Part shown: piece by piece, positions 41,421 to 56,099 of the stretch
How positions within the stretch are numbered: position 1 is the stretch's first letter
How the letters are laid out: each line of letters opens with the position of its first letter
Origin: the human T2T-CHM13v2.0 reference genome, Homo sapiens
Direction: 5' to 3' (one strand)
DNA: 64,000 nucleotides
Assembly: GCF_009914755.1 (NCBI RefSeq)
Contig: NC_060947.1
Notes under the pieces: model-generated
Seen by the model: only the letters and a program-made list of their open reading frames with translations
Databases searched by the model: none
What the model was told of the DNA's origin: nothing
Position numbers and translations under genes: made by a program

Positions 41421-42624
41421 AGGTGGGGCAGGCACTTATGAAAAACTTAGCAGAGATTGGTGGTGTGGGCCCAGGTGGTGCCACTGCACTGTGGAGGATG
41501 GCTCATAACACTTCTCGGAATCCTCCATCAAATGTGCACTCCACTCTCCTCTCCTTCTCTCCCCTAAATCCACATCACCAGCTTGGGAACAGATGCTTCC
41601 TGCTTGTGAGAATGTGAGTTGAGTTTGGGGAGGGATGGAAGGAAGAAAATGTGTCAAGAGAAGAGAAATTACCCTGATGACAGATAAGGAAAAAGACTGG
41701 CAGATATGGATGGAAAGGGAAAAATGATTGATATGGCAGAGATAGAGGATGGATTTCATGTTTCTCCCCTACATCCTTGGTTGAAGTTTTCATTTTAATG
41801 ACGGCGTCTTATGTACCAAAGTCCTAATCAAAACAATTACATGTTTTAATGAAAAAAAAAGAATTTACAGAAACTAAGGAAGTCAAGGAATAAAAAGACC
41901 AAGTCCTGGATATATTGTTCATGTGGGTAATGCATAGGCCTTAATTAAGTGACTTGAGTAGGTCTGAAGTTACTGGAACTCTTGTTTACAGTCCTGAACC
42001 AAGTCTCCAATACCTGGATTCCTAATGATGGATATGGGAACAAGCAGACATCTAGAAACCATGAGCAACAATCTAGAAAGTGTTGTAAGGTTAGTAAGTA
42101 TACATATTAGAAATGTACAATGCCTGCCTATTGCAATGTATTTCCACCTATCTAAAGAAGCATCCGTAATTCTCACCATTGTGTTTCTCCTTCAGATAAA
42201 GATATTGTCTCTCACAGTCTTTCTAAAAAGTAAATATATCTAGCATAAGAAGCAAATGGTAGGATACCAACCTTTACAGGACATGGAGCCATGACAATTT
42301 AAGTAATTAACTAGTTGTCACCTAGTCTGGGGCAAAACTCTAGAAAATGAGGTAACTGGAAAACAACAAGGAGAAGGTAAGGAAGGCCAACTAGGAATGG
42401 CAGCTTAGCTAGGGAGCCCTGGTTTCTCCCTAATACAAAGTAGCACAGTTACACTTTGGGAAACAGCAAAGTGTAATTGTGAGTGCATGACTCAAGTGTA
42501 AAAAAGAGAAAATATTTCTCTTGGGGTATGAAGTTGAAATGAAATAGTGCATGTCAGGTGTCTGGGGCTCATTAGGTGGTCCATATATATCAGCTTTCTT
42601 CCTCACCTGCTCTTTTTAAATAGA

Positions 42625-42702
42625 ATATATATATATTTTATATATATATATATAAACACACATATATATATTTTATATATATAAACACACACATATATAT
42701 GT
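42625..42702. repeat. (TA)n/(CA)n low-complexity repeat
   Basis: Seen directly. Confidence 0.9.
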
Positions 42703-42794
42703 GTATTTCAAGATGATTTTACCCACAGAAATACACACGCTAATATTACTCTGAAAGCTATAGACAAGAGAAATTATATCTTTCTACTTCTTTC

Positions 42795-43112
42795 TTTTTT
42801 TTTTTTTTTTTTTTTTTTTTTTGAGACAGAGTCTCACTCTATCACCAGGCTGGAGTGTAGTGCGCGATCTCGGCTCACTGCAACCTCTGCCTCCCGGGTT
42901 CAAGCGATTCTCCTGCCTTAGCCTCCTGAGTAGCTGGGATTATAGGCACGTGCCACCACGCCCGGTTAATTTTTATTTATTTATTTATTTATTTTGTAGA
43001 GACGGGGATTCACCATGTTAGCCAGGATGGTCTTGATCTCCTGACCTCGTGACCTGCCCGCCTCGGCCTCCCAAAGTGCTGGGATTACAGGTGTGAGCCA
43101 CCACACCCGGCC
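42795..43112 (-). mobile_element. AluSc-like
   Basis: Poly(T), CTATCACCAGGCTGG and GCCAGGATGGTCTTGATCTC. Confidence 0.92.
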
Positions 43113-43279
43113 ATATCTTTCTATTTCTATGCACTTCTTCTTGAACCATTCATTTGACTGGGTCTTTAGAGTCAAATAAGTTAGTCTTTTGGCTTCCTTA
43201 TGAAAGCTCTTCTGTCTTCAAATAAGATATTTTTCAACAGCACAGTGAATGAAGGCTTACACAAATGAGAAAATAGTGC

Positions 43280-43795
43280 AGGATTCCATTTATACAAACT
43301 TCTAAAGCAGGCTAAACTAATTTATAATGAAAAATATCAGAACAGAGGCTACTTTTGGAATAGGAGTGGAGGATGAGTGGAAAAGAGCACAAGAGATCTG
43401 GATGATGGTAATGTGACAGTAATGTTCTATATCTTGATGGGGGTTGAGTTGCACTATTCCCAGCGCATATTTCGCAATGCACATTTCAGATTTGTTCATT
43501 TCATTGTACATAAATCAAAAGAAAAACTATAAACAAATATTGACCTGTAGTTAGTCATATAAATGCTGAAGTATTTAGGAGAAAACTGATGTTGATAACT
43601 TACTTTAAAGTGCATTCGAAAACAAAAAAAGATAGATTGATGAATGTATAGAAGGGTGTATAGATATACAATAAAACAATTATAATAAAAACTCATTGGT
43701 AAAATCTATGTGGTGGATATACAGGTATCTACTGGAAAATTCTTTTAATTTTTCTGTATACTAAAATATTTTCATAACAAAATATTAGAAAAAAA
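43280..43795 (+). mobile_element. Old L1M 3' UTR
   Basis: GATTCCATTTATACAAAC..GGCTAAACTAATTTATA..AATTTTCTGTAT..TTTTCATAACAAAAT. Confidence 0.65.
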
Positions 43796-43849
43796 TATTG
43801 ATTCTGACACCCCAAATTTCAAGACTCAAGGAGATGCCATGGATATTAC

Positions 43850-44060
43850 ATTGGGCAGGTTATATAAACTCTCTGTGCCTCAGTCTCCTCATCTGTGAAG
43901 TGGGGATAATGATAGTACCTACATCATAGGGCTGTTGTGAAGGTTAAATGAATCAAGTAGTGTGTCCAACATCACACAGCTAGTAAGTAACACAGCTGTG
44001 ATTTGAACACAGCAATGTGGCTCGAGCAACCGTCAGTGGTTCTGAACCGCTATACTATGT
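43850..44060. mobile_element. MIR fragments
   Basis: TTGGGCAGGTT..CTCTGTGCCTCAGTCTCCTCATCTGTGAAGTGGGGATAATGATAGTACC. Confidence 0.8.
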
Positions 44061-45224
44061 TGCTACTCTGAAAAATGCAAGGAGAAATGACACAACTGAG
44101 AAGCAGTCGCTCCTTCAATCATAGCTTTGATGAACAGTCATTTCCAGATCTTTCCCCTTTGTGATAATCCAGATAGAGAAGCCTATGGGTTTTTTTTGTC
44201 TGTTGTTAAAAGTCCCATCATTGTGACTGTCCTCTGAGCACAGTGGGGGTTTCAGTTAGTTAACTCCCCGTTAACAGAGTGTTTCAGTGGGAATAAAAAA
44301 GCTTTGTTAGTGACCATGATGTGATTTGTAGAAATGTTTAATCAAAGGTTGACAACGATTTTATTCAGTTACCACAGGGAAGATCTTGGGGCTGAGTCTC
44401 CTGAACTAAAATGAAGTAGCATCATTTAACTCTGATCTTTGTGCCTGTTGAAAACTATCATCAAAACAACACAAGACAAGAAGGAGGAAAAAAATCAATA
44501 AATAGAATATAAAGTGAAGACAGGCGTGAGACAAAAACAGGAAGAACTGCAGTGTGATATGGTAAACAAACCCATAAGCTTTAAAATCAAGCGGGCCTGA
44601 GTGACAGAGAGGTGTGACCTTGTTAAGTACCTTCATCCTTCCGAGCTTCTATTTCCCCATATCTAAAGTGAAGATAATACCATCCACTTTACAGAGAATT
44701 TGCAAGTTCCAGAAGACAAGCTATGTAAAGTTTTTATACAGAGCCCTACAGATTGTAGCCACTCAATAAATGGTAACTGGTATTCTTTAGAGTATGTCAC
44801 ATAATATCATATTTTTAAGGAGCTAATAGATCCTGCTCTGCACTCACAGCAACAAGGTATAGAGGCTGCACATGAAGCCTTTATTTGGTGAAAAATAGAC
44901 TTGCTAAAAGTAATACTTACAAATACACATTGTTTGTGCTAGCTGCTCCTTATTTATAGAGGAAGTGAAGGGGGAAATAAAATCTCCACTTCAAGAGCTT
45001 CTAGTCAGCTAAGTAAGACAACACAATTACAGACCTAAGAGAAAAATTACATTTGTGTGTAACCAAATACAAAGGAAAGCCTTTCAGAAATAGCTTGAGA
45101 GCAAGGGTGAAAAAATGACCTCAGCTTAAATTCTAAGCTTTACATTGTATACTTGTCCACTGCAGTTCTTGTGTCATTTCAGCTAATACTATGACTAAAA
45201 GTTAGAACAAGGTCTAGATTATGG

Positions 45225-45440
45225 TAAACTCTATGTAAGTGCTTTATATTTATTAACCTCTTTAGTACTATAACAACCATATGAGGGTGGTCATTTTATT
45301 ATGCCTATTTTACAGATGAAGATACTAAGGCAAGAGAGGTAAAGTAATTTATCCAGGGTTACACAGTTAGTGAGAGATAAAGCTAGGATTCAACACCAAG
45401 CAGTTCACTCCAGAGTTCAGGTCTTAGCCTGACGCCATAC
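45225..45440 (-). mobile_element. MIR
   Basis: CTATTTTACAGATGAAGATACTAAGGC..CAGGGTTACACAGTTAGTGAG. Confidence 0.8.
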
Positions 45441-47074
45441 CATGTCAGATGTTGAATCCATTTCCATCACAAAGATAAAACCATCTGCATATATATATAT
45501 AAATGAAGATAAAGGCAAACTAAAGAAAGATGAAATGTTGAGGTTTTTTTTTTCTTGTCAAATATAAAGTTATATAACTAACATGGAGACAATGCTGGTA
45601 TGATAGTAGTTCAAAATTTAGTCCATATAATGTGAAGAGTGTTTTTCTGCTGTTGAGTTCACTCAGTTTCCACATGGCCAAAGATAATTCAAAGCATCTA
45701 TGGAAATGCTATTCTGTACTGCTCCTCCGGCCTTGAATAGTAGCTCTTAGGCTTGTTAAGCCAGCTGCAAAGTGTAGCTAGTCAATTATGGCAGCCAGAA
45801 ATAGTGTATATTCATGAGTACAGCAGTGGCCTTTAACCCACAGAGCAAGGCCATTGCAGAGGATAGAAAACCAAATCTTGCAGCTCAGCCTCAACTTTCA
45901 CCCTGATTTCCCATCCTCGGCAGCCCCAGAGAAGTAATTTTCAGCTTAGTATCTTGCTGATAGCCATCTGCGTCACAAAGCTATTATCCACCCCACGCCT
46001 TCTTACTTAACTCAATGTGTTCTGAGCCTGATAACCGAGACTACTGCAGAGGCACTCAGGACTGAACTTAATAGAAAGACTCAATTGCATTTCACCCCAG
46101 AGGGGGCTGCTTACAGGTCAGTGCTAAGATAATCAAGCAGCTTACGCCTCTGCCACCCCTGCTATTGCCGCTGGTTGTTTCATAACCTGAGAAAATTCAA
46201 ACACATTTATTGACAAACAAAAGTGACAACTGAAATGCTAGGAAAACCACCTTCTTTTTATTTTTTTTATCAAGATTGGACACAGCAAGTAATATTTCCC
46301 TAGGAGCAGTTTTGTTTTTCCTTCCAATCTTTCTGCCCAAATATTTTATGTTAAATCTCAGTTTTTGAGACTGAGGAACAATGTTAAGTCAACAACAGCT
46401 TTCCCAATTTGAGATAGCCATAGCTTGATTTGCAACAGAAAATGTCAGTGATAATAAGGCCTAATTGATTGCTTATAAGGAGAAATACATGATTGGTTTA
46501 ATTCATTGCTTAAGGGGAAAAAGATATGATCCATGTTTTTATATATTTTTAAGGTCTTAAATTTATGTCTTGCTAAGCCAAGAAATATTTTTATAGAACT
46601 ATTATGTAAATCGTTTTGTTCTAGGTACTGTGATTTATACAGACTATATCTTTATCAAATATATACCTGTTATCATGAGTTTTGACTGTCAGCTGTGTAC
46701 TTCTCCACTGTCTGACCTAGATTATACACAAAAGGGCTACTGTTCCAGGAGGCAGATCCCTCAAATGGAAAGAGAAAAGGTGTCAATGTGATTTCCTTCT
46801 CTTTCTCCTCCCTTGGTCCAATGGAAGGAAAAATAAAAGGATGAGATGCTTTTCATTTTACTAGAAGGCCTTAAACATCAAAAAAAGAAGTTTGGATATA
46901 ATCTGATCATTCAACATTTTTAAGAAAAGCAGTGGCTTCATTTCTTAGGGAAGTGTTTTAGACAAGATAATTTAGAAGACATGTAGAATTGGTATAAATA
47001 AATATTAGAAACAGGTTGATCAGTTTAAGAACTACTGTGGAACATAGGTAATTAGATGTAGTTGAGAAGAGACA

Positions 47075-50000
47075 TCTGCTTCTGGTCAAGATGGAGTAAT
47101 AGGAGTGTATTGACACTTCCACCTGAAACAACTAAAATATCAGACAAAATACATGCTACGATGTTGTTCTGACATGGGATATCAGTGAGCATAAGACAAT
47201 GATTCCTATGAAAGGGGAAATAAATGAGATAAGTCCTATGATTGCCTCAGTTTACTGTCAAGACAGAGTTCTCAGGCCACATCACAGGCAGAGAAAACAC
47301 AGGAGGAGCCTAACAGTCTCCCTGAGTTAAAAAGATGGAATTCAGAGCCCAAGGATGGCTAAGTTTGCAGGAATAACAGAGAGGAGATAGATGCACAAAG
47401 ACAGAGCTCCCAGAGATTTGCAGAAGATCTTCCTCAAATCTTCAACTGAGTACTGATCAGCACAGTAGTGTAAGGAGGAAACCACCTGAGACTGAAGACA
47501 GAACCATCCCAAATCCCTAGAGAACATATAGGTATTTCCATTAACCAGAGTGAAAACACCTTGTAATTCACAAGACAATGGATTGAATGAGTACTCGGAA
47601 GGGTATAGCCTCAGTAGTAGGGGTGAAAAAATTAGTTATAGACTAAAAGTTGATCTGGTTCCACCTAACAAAGCTTTAAAGTAAGGCTTGAAAGGATTAA
47701 ACTGTTTTCAAGTAATCTAACCACATTCAAGAACAAAGCTCAAAAATATTTATAGAAACAAAAAATAATCCAGCATAAAACAAAGTAAAATTCACTATGT
47801 CTGGCATCCAATCAAGAATTACAAGATATGCAAAGGAGCAGGAAAATGAAACTGATAATGAAGAGAAAGTAAATCAATATAAACAAACTAAAAACAACAT
47901 AGGTGTCAGAATTAGTACACAAAGACACTAAAACAGATATTTTTATTATATTTGATGTGTTCAAGAAGGCAGAAAAAAATTGAGCATGTTAGAGACATGG
48001 AAGCTATACAAAAGACTCAAATCAGCTGGGCACAGTAGCTCACCTCTGTAATCCCAGCAACTCTGGAAGCTGAGGCACAAAGATCACTTGAGCCTAGGGT
48101 TTCAAGACCAGCCTGGGCAATACAGCAAGACCCCTATCTCTACAAAAATTTTTTAAAGTTAAAGAAAATAAAAACTCAAATCAAAAGTTTACAGATAAAA
48201 CTACAGTGTCAAAGATTTCTTTAAAAATGCACTGGATAGGGTTACCAGCCAAATAGACACTAGAGGAGAAAATATTAAACTCAAAACCCTAACAATAGAA
48301 CTCATCAAGAATAAAATATGCAGAGAAAAAATACTGAAAAATGAACAGAGTATTAGTAACCTCTAGGACAATCAAGGAGCCTAATATACATGCAATTGGA
48401 GGCCACAAAAGAATAGAAAAATACTTGAGGAAATAATGGTTAAAATTTTTCTAATTTGATGAAAACCACAAACTCACAAATCTAAAAAGCTGGATGTTTC
48501 CTAACCACCAGAAATATTAAAAAAAATCAAGATACATTATATTCAAATTATTAAACCAAGGCTAAAAAGAAAATCTGAAAACTAGCCAGAGGGGGAAAAA
48601 AGACATTATATAGAGTAACAAAGTTAAACAGGTAGCAGATTTTTCATTAGAGATAATCCAAGGCAAAAGACAATAGAGGAACATATTTAAAGTACTGAAA
48701 GAAAAACATAATTGTCATGTAGAAGGCTATACCTAGTGAAAATACCTCTTGAAAGGAGTGATTTTCTCATACATGCAAAGGCTGAAAGAATTAATTATCA
48801 ATAGACCTGGACTACAAGAAAGACTTTCAAGCAGAAGAAAAGAAACAGATTTATATGAGGAATGAAAAGTACCAGAGATGGTAAATATAAAAGACCTCTT
48901 TGTTATTTTTGAAGCTATTAGAAGATAATTGACTATTTAAAGTGAAAATAATAATGTATTATGGGTTTATAAATTATGTATCAGTAAGACATATAAATCA
49001 GTGACACAAAGGTTAGGGTAGAGAGATGAAAATATGCTGTCATAAGATACTTATATGTAAAATAGTATCATATTATTTGAAAGTAGACCTTAAGTTAAAG
49101 ATTTATGTTATAAACCCTAAAGAAACCAAAATAAATTTATAGCAATAATCCAACAAAGGAAATAATTAGAAAAATATTTTTAATCTCCTCAATCATAAAG
49201 GCTGCAGGGGGAAAGGAAAAATAAAACAAATTACAGATGGAAAAAATAGAAAAAAAAAGGGCACAAGATTTAAATGCAACTACATAAACAATCATGTTAA
49301 ATGTATAATCGTCTAAACACTTCAATTAAAAGCCAAATTGGATTGTCAAATTGGATTGAGAAGCAAGGAGCAACCATCTATATGATGCCTACAAGAAACT
49401 CATTTTAAATATAGAGACAAATAGGTTAAAGTAAAAGAATAGAAAAAGAGCATGCTAACACTGATGAAAAGAATGTTGCAGTGGTTATATTAATATTAGA
49501 TTAAGTAGATTTGAAAGTAAAGATATTACCTAGGATAAAGAGGGGCATTTCACAATGATAATGGCATCAGTTTATCAAGAAGACGTAACAGTTATAACAT
49601 TTATTTATCTTATAATAAAGCTTCAAAATGCATGAAGCAAAATCTGATAGGACTGAAATGACAAATAGAAAATTCAACAATGATAAGTGGAGCCTTTCAA
49701 CACTCCTGTTTCCACAACTGATAGAATAGACCAAAAAAAGTCAGCAAGGACATAAAAAATGAATATCACAACCAATTTGATCTAATTCATATTTACCAAG
49801 ATAGATCATATTTCCAATTATAAAATAAGTTTCAATAAGTTTCAACAGACTCAAATTATATCAAGCAACTTCTCTAACTGTAATTAAATTAAATTTAAAA
49901 TCAATAAGAGATATCAGAAAATAATATATTTGGAAATTAAATAACATGGATCCAAGAAGAAATAACAAAGAAAATTAGAAGGTGTTTTCAATCGAATGAA

Positions 50001-50348
50001 AAATAAAAACATCCCATATCAAAATTGTGGGCTGCATTCAAATGTCTATATTAGGAAAGAAGAAATGTCTCAAATCTATGACTTTAACATATACCTTAAG
50101 AAATAAGAAAATATAAATTAAACTTAAAAATAAGCAGAATAAAGGAAATAGAGTAGAAATCAATAAAATACAAAATCAAAATAACAGAGAAAATTTGTGA
50201 AACCAAAGGCCTTTTGAGAGGATCAAAAACCAGTGAAGGTGACAAACCTCTAGCCAGACTAATCAGAAAAAAGAAATCCAAAAATACCAACATCAGGAAG
50301 AGAGAGGTTATATAACTACAAATTCTGCAGATATTAGAAGGAGAATAC
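47075..50348 (+). mobile_element. Old L1M (L1MB/MC/MD-type) 5' part: 5' UTR, ORF1 and start of ORF2
   Basis: CTTCTGGTCAAGATGG start with degenerate ORF1 and endonuclease motifs. Resumes colinearly at ~58422. Confidence 0.8.
48024..48170 (+). mobile_element. FLAM/AluJ monomer
   Basis: Single monomer flanked by ACTCAAATC repeats. Confidence 0.85.
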
Positions 50349-53300
50349 AACTAACTAATGGAGGTTTGAGGCAAGATGGCTGACTAGATGAAGCCAGGAG
50401 TAACTCCTGCCACTGAGGGACCAGGACACTGTGAAGAATAGCATACTCTGAGCATATCTTCAGAGGTAAGGCACTGAGAATGGATGGAGGGAGGACACAG
50501 ATGCTGGGCTGAAGCAGGAGGAAGCTAGAACCCTGCGTGAGGCTGTAGCACACAGGGACTCATTTCTGACCCCCAGTTACTCCTGGGGAAGGGGTGAGTT
50601 GAGCTGGCAAGGAGCCACCCACTCTTGCCACAGACCTCTGGAATCCAGGCAGAGGAGACTCCACAGCCCGCATGGACACTTGAGCAGACAGGAAGAGCTG
50701 CTTAGAGAGGTGATAAGGGCAGGACTCCAGCCTGTGTGGAGCCCAGAGGGTTTGATACAGGAAAGTCTGCAGTAGAGCACAGCCACGGATGCCCATCCGC
50801 CAAGGCTCCCCGTGCTCCTCTAAAAGATGTAATTATGAGGACTGTTGGCCCTGAACAGAACAAAGGTAATCTTGCCCATAAGACAAGTCAATCCAACCTG
50901 AGCATCCCACTGTCTGCTGGCCTATCCCAGGGGCCCAGCCCGGCCACATCTGCTTGCAGTACAGCCTCGGATGTCTAACTGGGGTGCCTCCTGGGAATTT
51001 TCATCATAGCTCCTGCTTTGACAAACCATGCCTGACTATTGGAAAGCTCCAGCAGAGTGGCCCCCACTGATGCACACCAGCCCACTAGCACCCTTCCCTC
51101 ACCACAACCTCCCCTGTGCCACTTTGCCAACATGCAATTCACCACAGCCACCCTCTCCATTGCTTTGATGGTGCATGTGTCCACACGTGGGCCTTTCCTC
51201 CTCTTCCCTGATGGCATGCATGTGTGCATGCACCCCACCATGCCACTGTTGCCAGCATGAGCACACCCCATCCCCGACTCAACCATGCCACCATTGCCAG
51301 AGCAAATGCACACACAGAGGCCAGTGGCCCCACACTCCAATCTTGTGCTGTCATTGCTGCTGGTGTGAATGCATGCACAGAGGCCAGAGGTCCCGCATTG
51401 ACACTGCTGCTAGCATGAATATGTGCATAAGGTGCTGCCAGCCTTGCACATACCAGTGCTTTGACCCTGCACTGACACCACTGCCAGTGCAAACGTGTGA
51501 ATAGACTCGAGTGGCCCTGCCCCTCAGCCAACGCTGGCACTGCCACTGCTGTGAACACCTGCACTGAGGCTGGTAGCCCCACAACTGCCAATGCCCTGCC
51601 ACAGCTGATAAGCATGTATGCTGCCATGCTGCTGCAGCTGCAAACAAGCATTAATCCCACTGCCACTGCCTGACAAAGTGATTTGGCTGGCACCACCCAT
51701 CAGTGTTTTGTCAGTGGTCCAGGAACACCTCGGCCCCTCCAGCACAGCAGATTCGTAACCATGAGGGGAGAGAGAACAAAGCTGGGGAATTGAGACTAGC
51801 CACCCCCAAAGTTAGAGCACACAGCCCAGGAGTGCAAAAAAAAAAAAAAAAAAAAAAAAATCTAAAGGACAGTAAGATCAAAGATTGAAGGAACATCAGC
51901 CCACACAGATGAGAAAACCTGAGCAAGAACTCTGGCAACTCAAAAAGCCAGAATGCCTTCTTACTTCCAAATGACCACACTGGTTCCCCAACAATGGTTC
52001 TTAATCAGGTTGAAATGGCTGAAATGACAGAAAAAGAATTTGCAATATGGATAGGAATTAAGATTATTGAGATTCAGGAGACAGTTGAAATCCAATCCGA
52101 GGATTCTAAGGAATATAATAAAATGATACAGGAGATGAAAGATGAAATGGCCACGTTAAGAAAGGAGCAAACTAATCTGATAGCGCTGAAAAACTCACCT
52201 CAGAAATTTCAGAATATAATCACAAGTATTAACAGCAGGATCAACTAAGCTGAGGAAAGAATCTCAGAGGTCAAAGACCAGTTCCCTGAAATAATTCAGT
52301 CAGATAAAAATAAGGAAAAAGCAAAAAAGAATGAACAAAACCTCCAAGAAATATGGGATTCTGTAAAAAGAGCACATCTATGATCCACTGGTGTCCCTGA
52401 AGAGTGGGCAAGAAAGCAAGCAACTTGGAAAACATACTTCAGGATATCATCCATGAAAATTTCCCCAACCTTGCTAGAGAGGCCAACATTCAAATTCAGG
52501 AAATGCAAAGAACCCCTGAAAAACACTACATGAGAAGATCATCCCCAAGACACACAGTCATAGTCATCAGATTCTCCAAGGTTGTAATGGGAAAAAAAAA
52601 AAAAAAAGCTAAAGGCAGCTAGAGAGAAGGGGCAGGTTGCCTACAAAGTAAATCCCATCAGGCAAAGAGTGGACCTTTCAGCAGAAAACCTACAAGCCAG
52701 AAGAGACTGGGGCCTATATTCAGCATTCCTAAAGAAAAGATTTAGCAACCCAGAATTTCATATCCAGCCAAACTAAGCTTCATAAGTGAAGAATAAATAA
52801 GATCCTTTTCAGACAAGCAAGTGCTAAGGGAAATCATTACCACCAGACTTTCCTTATAAGAGGTACTGAAGAGAGTGCTAAATATTGGAAGAAAAGACTG
52901 TTACCAGCCACTACAAAAACACTCTTAAGTACATAGACCAGTGACACTATAAAGCAACCACACAAAAAATCTGTATAATAGCCAATTAACAGCACAGTGA
53001 CAGGATCAAATCCACACACAGCAATACTAACCTTGAATGTACATGGGCTAAATGCTCCAATTGAAAGACACAGAGTGGCAAGTTGGATAAAAAAGTTGTG
53101 TAAGACACAACTATATGCTGTCTTCAAGAGACCCATCTTACATGCAATGACACCCATAGACTCAAAGTAAAGAGATGGAGAAAAATCTATCAGACAAATG
53201 GAAAAGAGAAAAAAGCATCAGTTGCTATTCTAATTTCAGACTAAACAGATTTTAAACAAAAAAAAAAAAATCAAAAAAGACAAAGAAAGGCATTACACAA

Positions 53301-54542
53301 TGGTAAAAGGCTCAATTCAACAAGAAGACCTAACTATCCTAAATATATATGCACCCAACACAGGAGCACCCAGATTCATAAATCAAGTCTTTAGAGACTA
53401 AGAAGAGACTTAGATAACCACACAAAATAGTGGGAGACTTCAACAGCCCACTGACAGTATTAGACAGATAATATAGACAGAAAACTAATAAAGATATTCA
53501 GGACCTGAACTTGACACTTGAACAAATCGACCTAATAGACGTCTACAGAACTCTCCACCCCAAAAAAACAGAATATACATTCTTCTTATCTGCACATGAC
53601 ACACACTCTGACCACACAATAGAACATGAAATAATCCTTAGCAAATTCAAAAAAACAGATCACACCAATCATTCTCTTGAACCACATTACAATAAAAATA
53701 GAAATTAATACTAAGAAAATTCACTCAAAACCATACAATTACATGGAAATTAAACAACTTGATTCTGAATGACTTTTGGATAAATAATGAAATTAAGGCA
53801 AGAATCAAAAAATTCTTTGAAATTAATAAGAGCAAAAATATAATATACCAGAATTTCTGGGACACAGTTAAAGCAATGTTAAGAGGAAACTTTATAGCAC
53901 TAGAAGTCCACATCAAAAACTTAGAAAGATCTCAAATTAACAACCTAACATCACAACTAGAGGAACTAGAAAAACAAGAGCAAACTAACCCCAAAGCTAG
54001 CAAAAGACAAGAAATAACCAACATCAGAGCTGAACTGCAGAAAATTGAGATACAAAAAACTATATAAAAGATCAATGAATCTAGGATTTGGTTTGTTGAA
54101 AGAATCAATAAGATAGATAGACAACTAGCTAGACTAATGAAAAAAAGAGAGAAGATCCAAATAAACACAATCAGAAATGACAAAACAGTTACCACTGATT
54201 CCCACAGAAATACAAAAGACTCTCAGATACTACTATGAACACCTCTATGGACACAAGTAACAAAACCTAGAAGAAATGGATAAATTCTTGGAAACATATC
54301 ACTTCTCAAAATTGAACCAGGAAGAGACTGAATCCCTGAAGAAACCAATGAGGAGTTCTGAAGTTGAATCAGTAATAAAAAGCCTACCAATCAGAAAAAC
54401 CCCAGGACCAGACAGACTCACAGCTGAATTCTACCAGATGTATAAAGAAGAGCTGATACCAAGCCTAATGAAACTATTCCAAAAAAGTGAAGAATGGGAC
54501 TCCTTGCCAACTCATTCTATAAGGCCAGTATAATCCTGATAA

Positions 54543-54662
<120 letters not shown>

Positions 54663-54853
54663 TGAATCCACTATAATCAAGTAGGCTTTATCCCTGGGGT
54701 GCAAAGTTGGTTCAATAAATTGGTTGCAAATCAGTAACTGTGATTCCTCACATAAACAGAACTAAAAACATAAACCATACAATCATCTCAATATATGCAG
54801 AAAAGGCTTTTGATAAAATTCAACATCCCTTCATGTTAAAAACCCTCAACAAT

Positions 54854-55154
54854 CCAGGCACGGTGGCTCATGCCTGTAATCCCAGCACTTTGGGAGGCTG
54901 AGGCAGGTGGATCACCTGAGGTCAGGAGTTGGAGACCAGCCTGGCCAACATGATGAAATCCCATCTCTACTAAAAATACAAAAATTAGCTGGGCATGGTG
55001 GCAGAAGCCTGTAATCCCAGTGACTTGGGAGGCTGAGGCAGGAGAATTGCTTGAACCTGGGAGGTGGAGTTTAGCAGTGAGCTGAGATCACACCATTGCA
55101 CTCCAGCCTGGGCAACGAGTGAAATTCTGCCTAAAAAAAAAAAAAAAAAAAAAA
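54854..55154 (+). mobile_element. AluSx/Sq
   Basis: Full dimer with poly(A), inside L1 ORF2. Confidence 0.93.
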
Positions 55155-55702
55155 CCTAAACAAACTAGGCATTGAATAAACATACCTCAAAATAATAAGA
55201 GCTATCTATGAAAAACCCACTGCCGTCATCATACTGAATGGGCAAAAACTGGAAGCATTCCCCTTGAAAACTGGTACAAGTCAAGGATGCCCTATCTCAT
55301 CACTCCTATTCAACGTAGTATTGGAAGTCCTTGCCAGACTAATCAGGCAAGAGAAAGAAATAAAAGGCATCTAAATAGAAAGAGAGGAAGTCAAACAATT
55401 TCTGTTTGCAGATGACATGATTCTATATCTAGAAAACCCTACAGTCTCTGCCCAAAAGCTTCTTAAGCTGATAAACAACTCTGGTGCCAAGTTTCAGGAT
55501 ACAAAATCAACATATGAAAATCACTAGCATTCCTATACACCAACAGTAGTCAAACTGATAGCCAAATTAGGAATGTAATCCCATGTATAACTGCCACAAA
55601 AAGAAGAAAATACCTAGGAATACAGCTAACCAGGAAGGTGAAAGATCTCTACAATGAGAACTACAAAACATGGCTGAAAGAAATCAGAGATGACACAAAT
55701 AA

Positions 55703-56099
<397 letters not shown>

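Noticed and set aside
46090-46112. CCCCAGAGGGGGCTGC as a CTCF site
   Set aside because: It mismatches several core positions of the CTCF consensus.
50975-51745. Overlapping 100-185-aa ORFs on both strands
   Set aside because: They lie in the GC-rich, stop-poor repetitive 5' UTR of the L1.
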